A DNA stretch of 64,000 bases from an uncultured Rhodospirillaceae bacterium (GTDB lineage Bacteria > Pseudomonadota > Alphaproteobacteria > UBA9219): the NCBI GenBank assembly GCA_964449155.1, contig CAYVBP010000002.1, positions 334-64,333 on the forward strand. Reading direction: 5' to 3'. A model generated the notes under the pieces. That model had not been told where the DNA came from, ran no database searches, and saw only the letters and a list, made by a program, of their open reading frames with translations. The translations under genes were made by a program, and so were the position numbers. Below are positions 1 to 9,999 of this stretch, piece after piece (the first letter of the stretch is position 1; each line of letters begins with the position of its first letter).

Positions 1-476
1 CGGAAGGCAGCTGGCTTCGAGGCGATGCAGTTTGAGGCGGTCGAAGGCGAAAGCGCAGACAAGGCCCAAGGCTTCGGTCATCAATCCCTGCCCGGAATAT
101 GGGCGACCTATCCAGTAACCAACCGTTCCTTTTTGTGACGCTCCGTACAAAATCTCTCCTAAAGAGATGCTTCCGACGAGCGTCGGCCTTTCTGTCTCCG
201 TCAGGAAAATAGAAAAGGCATAGGCCCTTCCGCTTCTCCAGTCGCGCCAGTATCGCCGCAAAAGCGAACAATAATACCCATATGTTAGCGCGTCGTTTGA
301 CCAGCGCGGTTCCCATGGTTCAAGATAACTGCGGCTCATTTCGCGCAACGCGCGCCAAACTTTCCAGTCCTCTATCTCCGGCATTCTCAGCATTACGTGT
401 TGGCCCGTCAACTGCGTGTCGAGCGAGGGGCGCGGGCGTGGCGGGGGCATGCGAAAAAGAGAAGCGATAAAGTCAA

Positions 477-1736
477 TCATTCAAGCCGTGCGCATATGTT
501 TCCGTAATTTTCAAGTTCGTCGATGGGCCCCAGCGCCGTCAAAACGGGTTTTCGCGAGAACAGGCGATGCGCGGCTGTTTTAACGTCATCTTGCGATATA
601 GCCATCAGTTTCCGCAAAATCGTCTCGGGCGGCAAGTGTTTGCCGAAGGCAAGCATCTGGTTTCCCAATACCTCGGCGCGGCGCATGACGCTTTCTTTTC
701 CCATCAGTAGGTCGGCGCGAACTTGGGCTTTGGCGCGGGCGAGCTCTTTGGCCGATACGTTTTTTCGAAGATCGCGAAGCTCGGCGCAGACGACGGGGAT
801 CAGTTCCCGCAGGCGTTTCGGGTCGGTGCCTGCGTATATCTGGAATAAGCCTGTATCGCTAAACCCGGCGTGCGATGAGTTAATCGTATAAACAAGCCCG
901 CGTTTTTCGCGCACCTTCTGAAACAGACGCGACGAGGCGCTTCCGCCCAAAATAAGAGAGAGAAGCTGCGTTGCATAATACGACTGCCCCGCATGGTAGC
1001 CCGGCCCCGGAAAGCCGAGAATCAAGTGAGCCTGTTCGATGTCTTTTGGCAAAAGCTTGATTCCTGACGACAGCTTGGCCCTGTCTTCCGCGCGCCGCCG
1101 TCCTTTTGGAAGGTTGCCGAAACGGGCTTTCGCCATTTTTAGGAAAGTGTCGTGGGAAATCTTGCCCGCAGCTACAAGAACCATGTTCGCGCCGGTGTAA
1201 TGGCGCGTGACGTAATTCGTCAGAGCCTTGCGGGGCATTTTCATAATGATGTCGGCCGCGCCGAGTATTGAACGGCCGATTTTTTGCTTCGGTAGGGCGA
1301 GTTCGTACATTTGGTCGAAGGCGAAATCTTCGGGCGAATCAAGTTCGCGACCGATCTCTTGAATGACGACAAGACGTTCGCGTTCCAGCTCTTTGGGCGC
1401 GAAAACGGAATGGCGCAGCATGTCGGCAATTACGTCGAAGGCGGTTTCATCGTCCTCGGGCAAGGCGCGCGCATAGTAGGCCGTCGCCTCGCGCGAGGTG
1501 TGGGCGTTCATTTCGCCGCCGCGGTTTTCGATCGCCGACGACAACGCATAGGCCGAACGTGTTTTCGTTCCCTTGAACATCATGTGTTCGACGAAATGCG
1601 CGACACCGTTGGCGTTCCACGCTTCATGGCGCGTGCCGACTCCTACCCAAGCGCCGACGACGATGCTTTCGGCATCGGGCATTGTGTCGGTGACGACGCG
1701 TAGTCCGTTGGCAAGTTCGGTGATTTGAACAGTCAT
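477..1736 (-). CDS. M16-family (insulinase/pitrilysin-like) zinc metallopeptidase
   Basis: 419-aa ORF with the inverted zinc motif HFVEHMMFKGT (HxxEH) near the N-terminus and two M16-like halves. Confidence 0.8.
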   Translation of the reverse strand: MTVQITELANGLRVVTDTMPDAESIVVGAWVGVGTRHEAWNANGVAHFVEHMMFKGTKTRSAYALSSAIENRGGEMNAHTSREATAYYARALPEDDETAFDVIADMLRHSVFAPKELERERLVVIQEIGRELDSPEDFAFDQMYELALPKQKIGRSILGAADIIMKMPRKALTNYVTRHYTGANMVLVAAGKISHDTFLKMAKARFGNLPKGRRRAEDRAKLSSGIKLLPKDIEQAHLILGFPGPGYHAGQSYYATQLLSLILGGSASSRLFQKVREKRGLVYTINSSHAGFSDTGLFQIYAGTDPKRLRELIPVVCAELRDLRKNVSAKELARAKAQVRADLLMGKESVMRRAEVLGNQMLAFGKHLPPETILRKLMAISQDDVKTAAHRLFSRKPVLTALGPIDELENYGNICARLE

Positions 1737-3115
1737 TGGGCCTTCATTTTCTCGATGTACGCGGTGATGCGCACGGCGTCTGCGGGTAGAAGCGTCGTGC
1801 GCTCGGGCCTGGCGATCAGTTCCGCTGTTTTTTTCGGAACCTCGGGTGCAAAGCCCAACGTTTGCTTGATTGTTTTCGGGAATTTGGCCGGGCTGGCCGT
1901 CGCGAGGAAGACGATGGGTTTTTTGAGCTGTCCGCGCAGTTTGTTCGCGACGTTAACCCCGACGGCGGTGTGCGGATCAAGGACGTAGTCATACTTTTTA
2001 TATACTTCGTAGATCGTCGCCACCGTTTCTTCATCGCTGGCGCAACCAGCCGCGAAGGTTCTGCGCGCCTTTTCAAGCTGCGCGGGCGTGACTTCGAAAC
2101 TGCCTTTGTTTTTGAGGTTGTCCATAAGAGCGCGGACGTCGGCGCTGTTTCCGTCACATAAATCGGACAGCAGACGTTCGAAATTGCTGCTGACTTGGAT
2201 GTCCATGCTGGGGCTTAGCGTGCGGCGAACGGATTCCGGAGACATTTTCCCGGTTTCGAAAAAGCGCGTTAGAATATTGTTGCTGTTGCTTGCAACGACA
2301 AATTTTTCGACCGGTAAGCCGCATTTCATGGCGGCGTATCCGGCGAAAACGTCGCCAAAATTGCCTGTCGGGACGACAAAGGTCGGCGCGGTTTCGAGTT
2401 TGAGTGCTGCCGCGAAGTAATAAACGACTTGCGCCAAAATGCGCAGCAAGTTGATTGAATTAACGGTTGTAAGATCCCAAGGCTCGCGCGTTTTTTGGTT
2501 GGCAAACAGCGTTTTTACGATGCCTTGGCAATCGTCGAAACTTCCGTCGATAGCCAGCGCATGAATGTTTGGCGCGTCGACGCACGTCATTTGCTTGCGT
2601 TGGATTTCGCTGGGGCCTTTCTTGGGATAAAGGATGTAGACGTCGATGTTCTTGCGGTTTGCCAGCGCTTCGATGGCTGCCGAGCCTGTATCGCCGGACG
2701 TTGCGCCGATGATCGTTATCTTCTTATTGGATTCGCGCAGGAAGTACTCGAATGTGTGCCCGACGAACTGCATCGCGACGTCCTTAAACGCCAACGTCGG
2801 GCCGTAAAACAGCTCGAGCACGTAATCGTCGCCAAGCGGGCGCAGGGGCGTTATGTCCGGCGAATCGAAAACGCCGTAGGCTTTTTGAATAATGTCGCGC
2901 AAAACGGTTTCCGGCATGACGCTTTCAAAAAAGGGCTTGAGCACGAAGTGGGCAATGTCCTGATAGGATTTTCCTCTTAATGCGGCGATTTCATTCGCGG
3001 AAAACGTCGGCCATGCTTTTGGCAGATAGAGGCCGCCGTCGGGCGCGAGGCCTTCGAGGGCTATTCGGCGAATATCGGTATCCGGCGCGAGGCCGCGCGT
3101 GCTGTGAAAAAGCAT
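1733..3115 (-). CDS. thrC: Threonine synthase
   Basis: The protein begins MLFHSTRGLAP, the typical long-form ThrC N-terminus, and is about 460 aa in a PLP-fold. The internal ATG at 3115 gives an abutting arrangement with the upstream gene's stop at 3118, so it is used as the start. Confidence 0.85.
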   Translation of the reverse strand: MLFHSTRGLAPDTDIRRIALEGLAPDGGLYLPKAWPTFSANEIAALRGKSYQDIAHFVLKPFFESVMPETVLRDIIQKAYGVFDSPDITPLRPLGDDYVLELFYGPTLAFKDVAMQFVGHTFEYFLRESNKKITIIGATSGDTGSAAIEALANRKNIDVYILYPKKGPSEIQRKQMTCVDAPNIHALAIDGSFDDCQGIVKTLFANQKTREPWDLTTVNSINLLRILAQVVYYFAAALKLETAPTFVVPTGNFGDVFAGYAAMKCGLPVEKFVVASNSNNILTRFFETGKMSPESVRRTLSPSMDIQVSSNFERLLSDLCDGNSADVRALMDNLKNKGSFEVTPAQLEKARRTFAAGCASDEETVATIYEVYKKYDYVLDPHTAVGVNVANKLRGQLKKPIVFLATASPAKFPKTIKQTLGFAPEVPKKTAELIARPERTTLLPADAVRITAYIEKMKAQ

Positions 3116-3117
3116 AA

Positions 3118-4944
3118 TTACCTTTCTAGTTTTTCGGTTATAGCGTCGAGCCACGGCAAGGCGGTGGCGTTGACTTTCGAGCGCAACGTTTCCTTTACAC
3201 GCCCATGATATGTATTAATCCACGATATCTCCGCGTCTGTCAGCAAAGAAATATCGATCAGGCGTTTGTCGAGAGGAACAAGCGTTAACGTTCGGAATCC
3301 AAACGTTTTTTTTCGTTCAGCTGGCGGATCGGCTATCTCTACGACTTCCATTAAGCTCTCTATCCGGACGCCATAATGACCCTCTTTATAATATCCTGGT
3401 TCGTTCGATAGAACCATGCCCGGTTTTAATGGAACTTTGTTTCGCTTCGATATGCCGTGGGGGCCTTCGTGGACGCTCAAGTAGCATCCGACGCCGTGCC
3501 CCGTTCCGTGGCTATAGTCTTTCCCTGCTGCCCACAGATATTGCCGCGCCAAAACGTCAAGGTCTGCGCCCGTTGTTCCTTCCGGAAAGACGATTGAGGA
3601 AAGCCCGATGTGTCCCTTTAATACGCGCGTGAAATCCTCGCATGCCCCCTGTGGCGGAAGGCCCAATGCGATGGTGCGCGTGACGTCCGTCGTTCCTTCG
3701 AGATATTGTCCGCCCGTGTCGATGAGATACAGCTTGTTTGCGGCCAACGGCGCGTTGCTGGTTTCGGTGGCGCGATAGTGGACAATGGCACCGTGATCGC
3801 CTGAGGCCGAAATCGTTTCAAAACTCGGCCCGCGGTAAGAGGGCACCGTCGTTCGGAACGTTTCCAATTTTCGTACAGCGGCAAGCTCGGTCACGCGTTC
3901 TTCCCCCCACCGGGCGTTAAGCCACGCTAGGAAGTTAATCAACGCCGTTCCGTCCAGTTCGTGCGCAAGGCGCATGCCGTTAAGCTCGGTTGGGTTTTTT
4001 ATCGCACGCGGAAGCGCGCAGGGATCTTCTTTATCTTCAATTTTTGCTTGTGTCGCGCGTAGAGTGTCGACGATTTGGCTTGGTGTATGCGACGGATCGC
4101 ATAAGACGGGCTTTTGGGCTGCGCCGAGTTTGCGCAAGCTTTCCAGAAAATCTGACGGTGGCAGAATGCGAACGCCTTTTCCCAGATGTTCGGGCGGGAC
4201 GTTTGTCGTTCTTGAGAAATCGATAAACCAATTGACGGTGCCGTCGTTCGCGATAATCGCGCGGCTTAGCGGTGCGGGTGTATTTGCGACATCGTTCGCG
4301 CGGACATTTAAAAGCCATGCGATGGATGTCGGGTCGGAAAGAACCGCAGCGGCGACGTTGGTTTTTTTCAGATTTTCCGCGATCTCTTCTCTTTTCGCCG
4401 CCGCCGGCTTTCCGGCATATGCGATATCGTAGGGGACTATGGGCGTTGCCGGAGGCGAAGGCCGGTCTTTCCAAATAATGTCAATAAGGTTGGTCGCAAC
4501 GGGAATGGCTTTTGCGCCGATGCGCATCAGTATATTTTTAAGGCGGTCGACCCAGTCTGCGGAATGCAGCCACGGATCGTATCCGATTTTCGCGCCCGGG
4601 GGGACGTTTTCTTCAATCCAGACCAGCGACGTTTTTTCGGCAGAATCGAAGATAGCGTAGTCTTGTTTTGAAATTTGTTGCGATGCTTGCAGAGTGTATC
4701 GACCATCGGTAAAAAAAGAGGCCTTGTCTTTTAAAACAACGACGATGGCCGCTGATCCCGTAAAGCCGCACAAAAAAGCTATGCGTTCGGCGCAAAGCGG
4801 TATGTATTCGCTTTGATAGTCGTCGGTTCTGGGCGCAACAAAGCCGTCAAGACCGGCTTTTGATATTTCACGCCGCAACGCGGTTAGTCTTTCGGAGTAA
4901 TCAGGCACTTTTATCCTCAATAATCGACGAAGGCGTATCATGCT
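3118..4944 (-). CDS. pepP: Xaa-Pro aminopeptidase (M24B, aminopeptidase P-like)
   Basis: C-terminal pita-bread motifs HGTGHGVG and SNEPGYY are present. The track ORF runs on to 5124, but that would overlap the upstream prmA; the internal Met (MIRLRRLL...) at about 4944 is the likelier start. Confidence 0.7.
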   Translation of the reverse strand, partial: SMIRLRRLLRIKVPDYSERLTALRREISKAGLDGFVAPRTDDYQSEYIPLCAERIAFLCGFTGSAAIVVVLKDKASFFTDGRYTLQASQQISKQDYAIFDSAEKTSLVWIEENVPPGAKIGYDPWLHSADWVDRLKNILMRIGAKAIPVATNLIDIIWKDRPSPPATPIVPYDIAYAGKPAAAKREEIAENLKKTNVAAAVLSDPTSIAWLLNVRANDVANTPAPLSRAIIANDGTVNWFIDFSRTTNVPPEHLGKGVRILPPSDFLESLRKLGAAQKPVLCDPSHTPSQIVDTLRATQAKIEDKEDPCALPRAIKNPTELNGMRLAHELDGTALINFLAWLNARWGEERVTELAAVRKLETFRTTVPSYRGPSFETISASGDHGAIVHYRATETSNAPLAANKLYLIDTGGQYLEGTTDVTRTIALGLPPQGACEDFTRVLKGHIGLSSIVFPEGTTGADLDVLARQYLWAAGKDYSHGTGHGVGCYLSVHEGPHGISKRNKVPLKPGMVLSNEPGYYKEGHYGVRIESLMEVVEIADPPAERKKTFGFRTLTLVPLDKRLIDISLLTDAEISWINTYHGRVKETLRSKVNATALPWLDAITEKLER

Positions 4945-5831
4945 CTTTTGGGCCTCGTCAACGCAAGAACCGACCATTCTCCGAGCGTCATATGGTCGAT
5001 CAGGGTCAATCCTTGCATTCTGTGCGCTGCAATCACGCTTCCGGCTTGGGGGGTCAATATGCCCGAAAGAAGGGCAATCCCGCCGTATTTCAGGTTGGCG
5101 CGCAAATCCTTTGCCATCTGGCATAAAGGACCGGCAAAAATATTTGACATAATAAGATCGTAGGGTGCGGTTTGGCGGACAAGAGGGGACGAATAGCCAT
5201 TTGAAAGTCCAATACGCATATTGGATGCGAGGCCGTTGATCGTTGCGTTGGCCTTGGCAATTTGAACAGAGGCTCGGTCAAGATCGACAGCGATGGCCTG
5301 TGCGCGTGTTTCTTGAACGCAGGCCATGGATAAAATGCCGGATCCGCAGCCGATATCGAGCATGCGGTTGACAGGAAAGCCGGATTTAAGAATTTTATCG
5401 AGCATCAAAAGGCATCCGCGCGTTGTCGGGTGCTCGCCTGTGCCAAACGCGTTTGTGGCGTCGATTTGAAGGCGGCGCAATCTGTTCGGAGCGTTTTTTC
5501 TGTGCAGGGCACCGTGTACAGTCCAGCGCGCAATTTTTAGGGGCGGGAAATCTTCGCAGACCTTCTTAAGCCAATCCAGCTTGGGAACTGGAGCTATTGA
5601 GAACGGTGGGTCTGGTATGCCTGCGGCGGCGGCAAGAAGGGAAAGTTTAACGGAAATCTCTGTGGCAGAGGGTTCGCTGTCGAATATTGCTTCGACTTGC
5701 GCCGCGTCTTGGCGGGGTGGCGCAAGGACCGTTACGGACAGGGCGTCTTCGCTAAGCGCGTCGCCGAATCTTGCGGCCGCAGAAGGCGGCAATGAAAAAC
5801 ACAAAATCCAAAGAGCATCGTTTATTCGCAT
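4938..5831 (-). CDS. prmA: Ribosomal protein L11 methyltransferase
   Basis: SAM-binding motif LDIGCGSGILSMA and PrmA-like N-terminal region; 297 aa. Confidence 0.8.
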   Translation of the reverse strand: MRINDALWILCFSLPPSAAARFGDALSEDALSVTVLAPPRQDAAQVEAIFDSEPSATEISVKLSLLAAAAGIPDPPFSIAPVPKLDWLKKVCEDFPPLKIARWTVHGALHRKNAPNRLRRLQIDATNAFGTGEHPTTRGCLLMLDKILKSGFPVNRMLDIGCGSGILSMACVQETRAQAIAVDLDRASVQIAKANATINGLASNMRIGLSNGYSSPLVRQTAPYDLIMSNIFAGPLCQMAKDLRANLKYGGIALLSGILTPQAGSVIAAHRMQGLTLIDHMTLGEWSVLALTRPKRA

Positions 5832-7219
5832 GAACGTTCTTTTTTAGAAAGCGAAACCCTAAAATATCCCCGGCATCTGTCTTTAACGACAAGCAGCGCG
5901 CCGATCCACAACGGAATCCATGCGCACGAGGCGACCAGCCGCTTTATCTCTGCTTTTGAGGAAAAAGAAAAGGGGTCGAACAGAAAACTTGCGGAAATTA
6001 CAATGGACGCAGCGGCTAGAAACGAGCGGAGCCCCCATCGGGGCGAAATTGCCATAAGCCAAAAGGCAACTAAAACAGAAAGAAGATAATACCGATACCA
6101 GACGAGCGAAGGCACGGCGAGGCCGAGGATAATGCCTATAGAAACGCATAAATAGGGGTCTTTTAACAGAAAGATGACCAAGCCCCATGTGTTTTCTCCG
6201 TTGCGGAGGTTGCGCGGAATGGCTTTACATATAAGCCATGAAATCTGTATGGCGAGAAATGCGAAAACGGCTCCCATAACAACATAAATATCTGCGTTCA
6301 GTGCGCGGGATATCAAAAGCGTTAATGAATTGTTTGCTGGAGACTCGACCAAGAACGGCACTTTGCTCGGGTTCGGGAAATATTGAAACCAATCTTTCCA
6401 TGCGGAAGGCGAGCCGAAATGCCAACACGAGAGCGCGAAAAGCAAAGCGCCAACGCAGCTTGCGGCGACGGTGGAAAACGCAAAGGCTTTTATGCCGCGC
6501 AACGCAGCAAATGATGCAGCCAGAAGCATGGCGGCAACAAGCGTATTCGGTTTCAACAAAACAAGTGCGACCAAGGCGCTCATTAATAAAGCGCCATAAA
6601 TATAAACAAGCCGGGCCGAGCAATGGCGAACGTTTCTATCAAGGAATATCGTCAATGCGGTCAGGGAAAACAGCTGGAAGACGTCAAGGTTTCCGTCTCT
6701 TAACGATCCGAGCAAAGGCCAGTAGCTTCCGCCCAGCATGATCCAAAGAACGATTAAGGGCAGGCCGTCGATCTTTTTATAAAGTCGAGTGTAGAAAACG
6801 AGCATGATAAGCGACGCGGCCAGCAAAACGACGTTTGCCGTCAAAAATGTATGAAACGCGGAAGTATAATCGACGGGCAAAAAGGAAAACGCGGCGTAAA
6901 GAAGCGGCGTGTTGGTCGGATCGAGTCCATCGAAAAAGTACTTGTGGTTTATATCGTTTGCTGCATGCAAAAGCATGTCATCGGACGCAATCGTGTAATT
7001 GTCTAAAATCAATCCATAGCGCGGCATGTCGACATAGGGGGTTTTCAAAAGGCCGTAGCTAAACTCCCTGCCATGTCCTATGCCCCAATATTGGTAGAAA
7101 TCGACGCCTTTTCCGTGCTCGAAAACCCATTGAGCCATGCTGTAGAAAAGAATGAAAAAAATGACGGCAAGAAACGCCAGTTTTCCGCAGAACCGCCCCT
7201 TTTTATGCCATGCCAGCAT
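5822..7219 (-). CDS. Polytopic membrane protein, GT-C/DUF2029-like putative glycosyltransferase (paralog A)
   Basis: 465 aa with at least 10 predicted TM helices. The N-terminal loop motif GVDFYQYWGIG matches the adjacent paralog and resembles the DF..YW motif of the 44208-46784 protein. Confidence 0.5.
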   Translation of the reverse strand: MLAWHKKGRFCGKLAFLAVIFFILFYSMAQWVFEHGKGVDFYQYWGIGHGREFSYGLLKTPYVDMPRYGLILDNYTIASDDMLLHAANDINHKYFFDGLDPTNTPLLYAAFSFLPVDYTSAFHTFLTANVVLLAASLIMLVFYTRLYKKIDGLPLIVLWIMLGGSYWPLLGSLRDGNLDVFQLFSLTALTIFLDRNVRHCSARLVYIYGALLMSALVALVLLKPNTLVAAMLLAASFAALRGIKAFAFSTVAASCVGALLFALSCWHFGSPSAWKDWFQYFPNPSKVPFLVESPANNSLTLLISRALNADIYVVMGAVFAFLAIQISWLICKAIPRNLRNGENTWGLVIFLLKDPYLCVSIGIILGLAVPSLVWYRYYLLSVLVAFWLMAISPRWGLRSFLAAASIVISASFLFDPFSFSSKAEIKRLVASCAWIPLWIGALLVVKDRCRGYFRVSLSKKERSCE

Positions 7220-8588
7220 TAGCTTTGTGCCTTTCGAAGAAGATGAGGGGCCGAAGTTTTTCCGTCATGACCTCCAAGATGCCTATCCACAAAGGAAGCC
7301 ATGCGAAAACAGGAAGGTATTGGGATGCTGCGTGCGTTTGCAAAAAGGGAATGAGGGCCGGCAATAGAAATGACGAAAGAAATACGGAAAATAGCCCCAT
7401 CAAGGCAGGGCGTGCGCTTTCCGATGGACGTCCGATGAGCCAGAATACGGGAAAAAGGGACAGGACGTAATATTGGAGCCAAACTAGTGGGGAAAGAGCA
7501 AGCACGGCAACGATGCCGATTGCGGCGCAAAGGCATGGGTCTTTTAAGAGAACATTCGCTGCGCCCAAGGTCTTTTCCGGAAACGTTTTGGCGGAAGTTC
7601 CGGCTTTGAGAGCGACGCTTAAGAACGAAAGACAGAAAAGGACGGCCATCGCCGCTGTCGTCAAAGAAATATCGAGGCCAAGCTCATTCGATAAAACGTA
7701 AGTTATTGAAGCGTTTCCGGCCTCGACGCTTGAGGAAAACAGGTTGCTTTCGCGGAGCAGATAGTGCCGCCAATCCGTCCACGTCGTCCACGATCCAAAA
7801 TAGGCGCAGGAGGCCAGATAAGCGCTTGCGCCTGCCGCACAGGCTGCGAAAGAGGCTCGTCCGAAAGCTTTTTGCCCATGCACTTTCCAAAAAGATGCGG
7901 CCAAAAGAACGGCGACAGGGAAAACGCTTGGTTTGACGAGGGTTATTAGAGCGAGTCCGATCAAACAAACCGCGTTTCGCAAGGGGACGTTTTTCTCTGA
8001 GGGGGCTGCGCAAAGAAACGTCAGGGCAACAATCGCAGAAAACTGAAAGGAACATATGTTTCCGACGATCAAGTCGCTTAGCAACGGTCGGTATCCGCCT
8101 ATAGGATAGTCCAGCAATGGCCCATATCCGCCGACAAGTGCCAAGGACAGCGCCATCAGGCGGTATTTTTTTTGCGAAAAGGCTGCGACAAGTCCCAGCA
8201 GCGTTCCGGTGAAAAATAGAACCTGCAGGCTTAAAAACAGGCCATAGGCCGTCGAATAATGGCGGGGAAAAATGGAAAACAACATATAAAGCAAAGGCGT
8301 GCCGGTAACGTCGACGCCATTGCGGTACAGGGTGTGGTTGGCCCTGTTGGCAATGTCGAAGCGAATGTCAGTGTGCTCTTTTCCAAAAACGTCAAGAAGA
8401 CCTGCGTAGACGGAAGGTTCGGCATAAGGGGGCTTTAACGAAGACTCCCCAAGTTGCCGCGCAAGGCCTATTCCCCAGAACTGATAGAAGTCTATGCCAA
8501 CGCCCTTTTCGAATACGAGCCAACCCGTGACGCACCCAAGTGCGACGAGAACGACGGCAAAAATCGTCATCTTTTCGGGAAGCGACAA
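7203..8588 (-). CDS. Polytopic membrane protein, GT-C/DUF2029-like putative glycosyltransferase (paralog B)
   Basis: 461 aa, collinear with 5822-7219 (GIDFYQFWGIG, TPLLYMLFS, LVKPSVF). The tandem gene pair overlaps by 17 nt. Confidence 0.5.
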   Translation of the reverse strand: MSLPEKMTIFAVVLVALGCVTGWLVFEKGVGIDFYQFWGIGLARQLGESSLKPPYAEPSVYAGLLDVFGKEHTDIRFDIANRANHTLYRNGVDVTGTPLLYMLFSIFPRHYSTAYGLFLSLQVLFFTGTLLGLVAAFSQKKYRLMALSLALVGGYGPLLDYPIGGYRPLLSDLIVGNICSFQFSAIVALTFLCAAPSEKNVPLRNAVCLIGLALITLVKPSVFPVAVLLAASFWKVHGQKAFGRASFAACAAGASAYLASCAYFGSWTTWTDWRHYLLRESNLFSSSVEAGNASITYVLSNELGLDISLTTAAMAVLFCLSFLSVALKAGTSAKTFPEKTLGAANVLLKDPCLCAAIGIVAVLALSPLVWLQYYVLSLFPVFWLIGRPSESARPALMGLFSVFLSSFLLPALIPFLQTHAASQYLPVFAWLPLWIGILEVMTEKLRPLIFFERHKANAGMA

Positions 8589-8647
8589 CCCAAAAGGCGC
8601 ATCGTTCGTACTGCTAGGGCAGGGCTGGATCGGGATTTGAACCTCCC

Positions 8648-9994
8648 TTACTTCTTCTTTTTATCCTCGTACGGGTTTTCGCTCTTCTTCATCTGCCAGC
8701 GGATCGGAACGCCTTTAAGGCCGAAGGTGTCGCGCAGGCCGTGTGTCAGGAAACGCAAATAGCTTTCGGGCAAATTCACGGGCTTGTTGACCCAAAGCGA
8801 AAATGTAGGCGGACGGCTTTTGACTTGGGTGATATAGCGCAGTTTTATGCGCCGATTGGCGGTGATTGGCGGGGGATGCGTTTCTTCCATATGTTCGAGC
8901 CAGCGGTTAAGCTTTCCCGTTGAAACGCGAACGTTCCAGTTTTCATACGATTCCATCGCTTTGTGCATTAGCGCGTCGAGTCCGTCGCCCTTCAGCGCAC
9001 ATACGGGGATCAATGGAAGGCCTTCGGCCTGCGCCAGCGAAATCCCGGCTTTTTCGCGGATCATTTTCGTCACAAACGCCTTGTCTTTAACAAGATCCCA
9101 TTTATTCAGGGCCACGACCAGCGCGCGACCTTCCTCAATTACGCGATGCGCGATCACAAGATCCTGCTTGTCGAAGGGTTGCGTTGCGTCCAAGACCAAA
9201 ATAACGACGTGGGCCAGGCGAACGGCGCGCAGGGTTTCTTGAACGCTCATGCGTTCAAGCCCTTCCGTTACGCGCGCGCGGCGCCGCATCCCGGCTGTAT
9301 CGACAAGGCGAATGGGCTTATCGCGAAATTTCCACGCAATCGGAACGGCATCGCGCGTTAGTCCCGGCTCTGGCCCCGTCAGCATGCGCTCGTCGCCGAT
9401 TAGCTTGTTGATTAGGGTCGATTTGCCCGCATTCGGCCTTCCGACAACAGCGAGGATCAGGCTTTTTTCTTCGTCGCCCTTTTCGGCCTCCCCTTCTTCC
9501 GGAATATGTTCCGATAACGCTTCGAACAAATCCATCATGCCGTCGCCGTGCGCGGCTGAAATAGGCAACGGATCGCCGAAACCCAGCGAAGCGGTTTCCG
9601 TCATCCGGTCCGGTAAAACGGCACCCTCGCATTTGTTGGCGAGCAGCAATATGGGTTTTCCGATTTTTCTTAGCTCGCGCGCAATTATCTCATCTTCGGA
9701 CGTAATGCCTGCGCGCGCATCGACGATTAATAAAATAACATGCGCATTTGCAAGGGCTTTCTTTGTCTGCGCCGCCGTTCGCGTCGAAAGGCCGCCTTTT
9801 GTGCGGACGCTTTCCAGTCCTGCCGTATCGATAACGCGAAATTTCAAATCGAATAGATGTCCGTCGCCTTCGCGCCAGTCACGCGTAACGCCGGGGCTGT
9901 CGTCGACAAGGGCCATTTGTTTACCGACCAAGCGGTTAAACAGCGTGGATTTGCCGACATTCGGGCGTCCTGCAATGGCAACGGTAAGGGGCAT
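8648..9994 (-). CDS. der: Ribosome-associated GTPase Der/EngA (two GTP-binding domains plus KH-like C-terminus)
   Basis: Two P-loops, IAGRPNVGKSTLFN and VVGRPNAGKSTLIN, each followed by DTAG motifs; 448 aa. Confidence 0.9.
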   Translation of the reverse strand: MPLTVAIAGRPNVGKSTLFNRLVGKQMALVDDSPGVTRDWREGDGHLFDLKFRVIDTAGLESVRTKGGLSTRTAAQTKKALANAHVILLIVDARAGITSEDEIIARELRKIGKPILLLANKCEGAVLPDRMTETASLGFGDPLPISAAHGDGMMDLFEALSEHIPEEGEAEKGDEEKSLILAVVGRPNAGKSTLINKLIGDERMLTGPEPGLTRDAVPIAWKFRDKPIRLVDTAGMRRRARVTEGLERMSVQETLRAVRLAHVVILVLDATQPFDKQDLVIAHRVIEEGRALVVALNKWDLVKDKAFVTKMIREKAGISLAQAEGLPLIPVCALKGDGLDALMHKAMESYENWNVRVSTGKLNRWLEHMEETHPPPITANRRIKLRYITQVKSRPPTFSLWVNKPVNLPESYLRFLTHGLRDTFGLKGVPIRWQMKKSENPYEDKKKK

Positions 9995-9999
9995 GGTTT

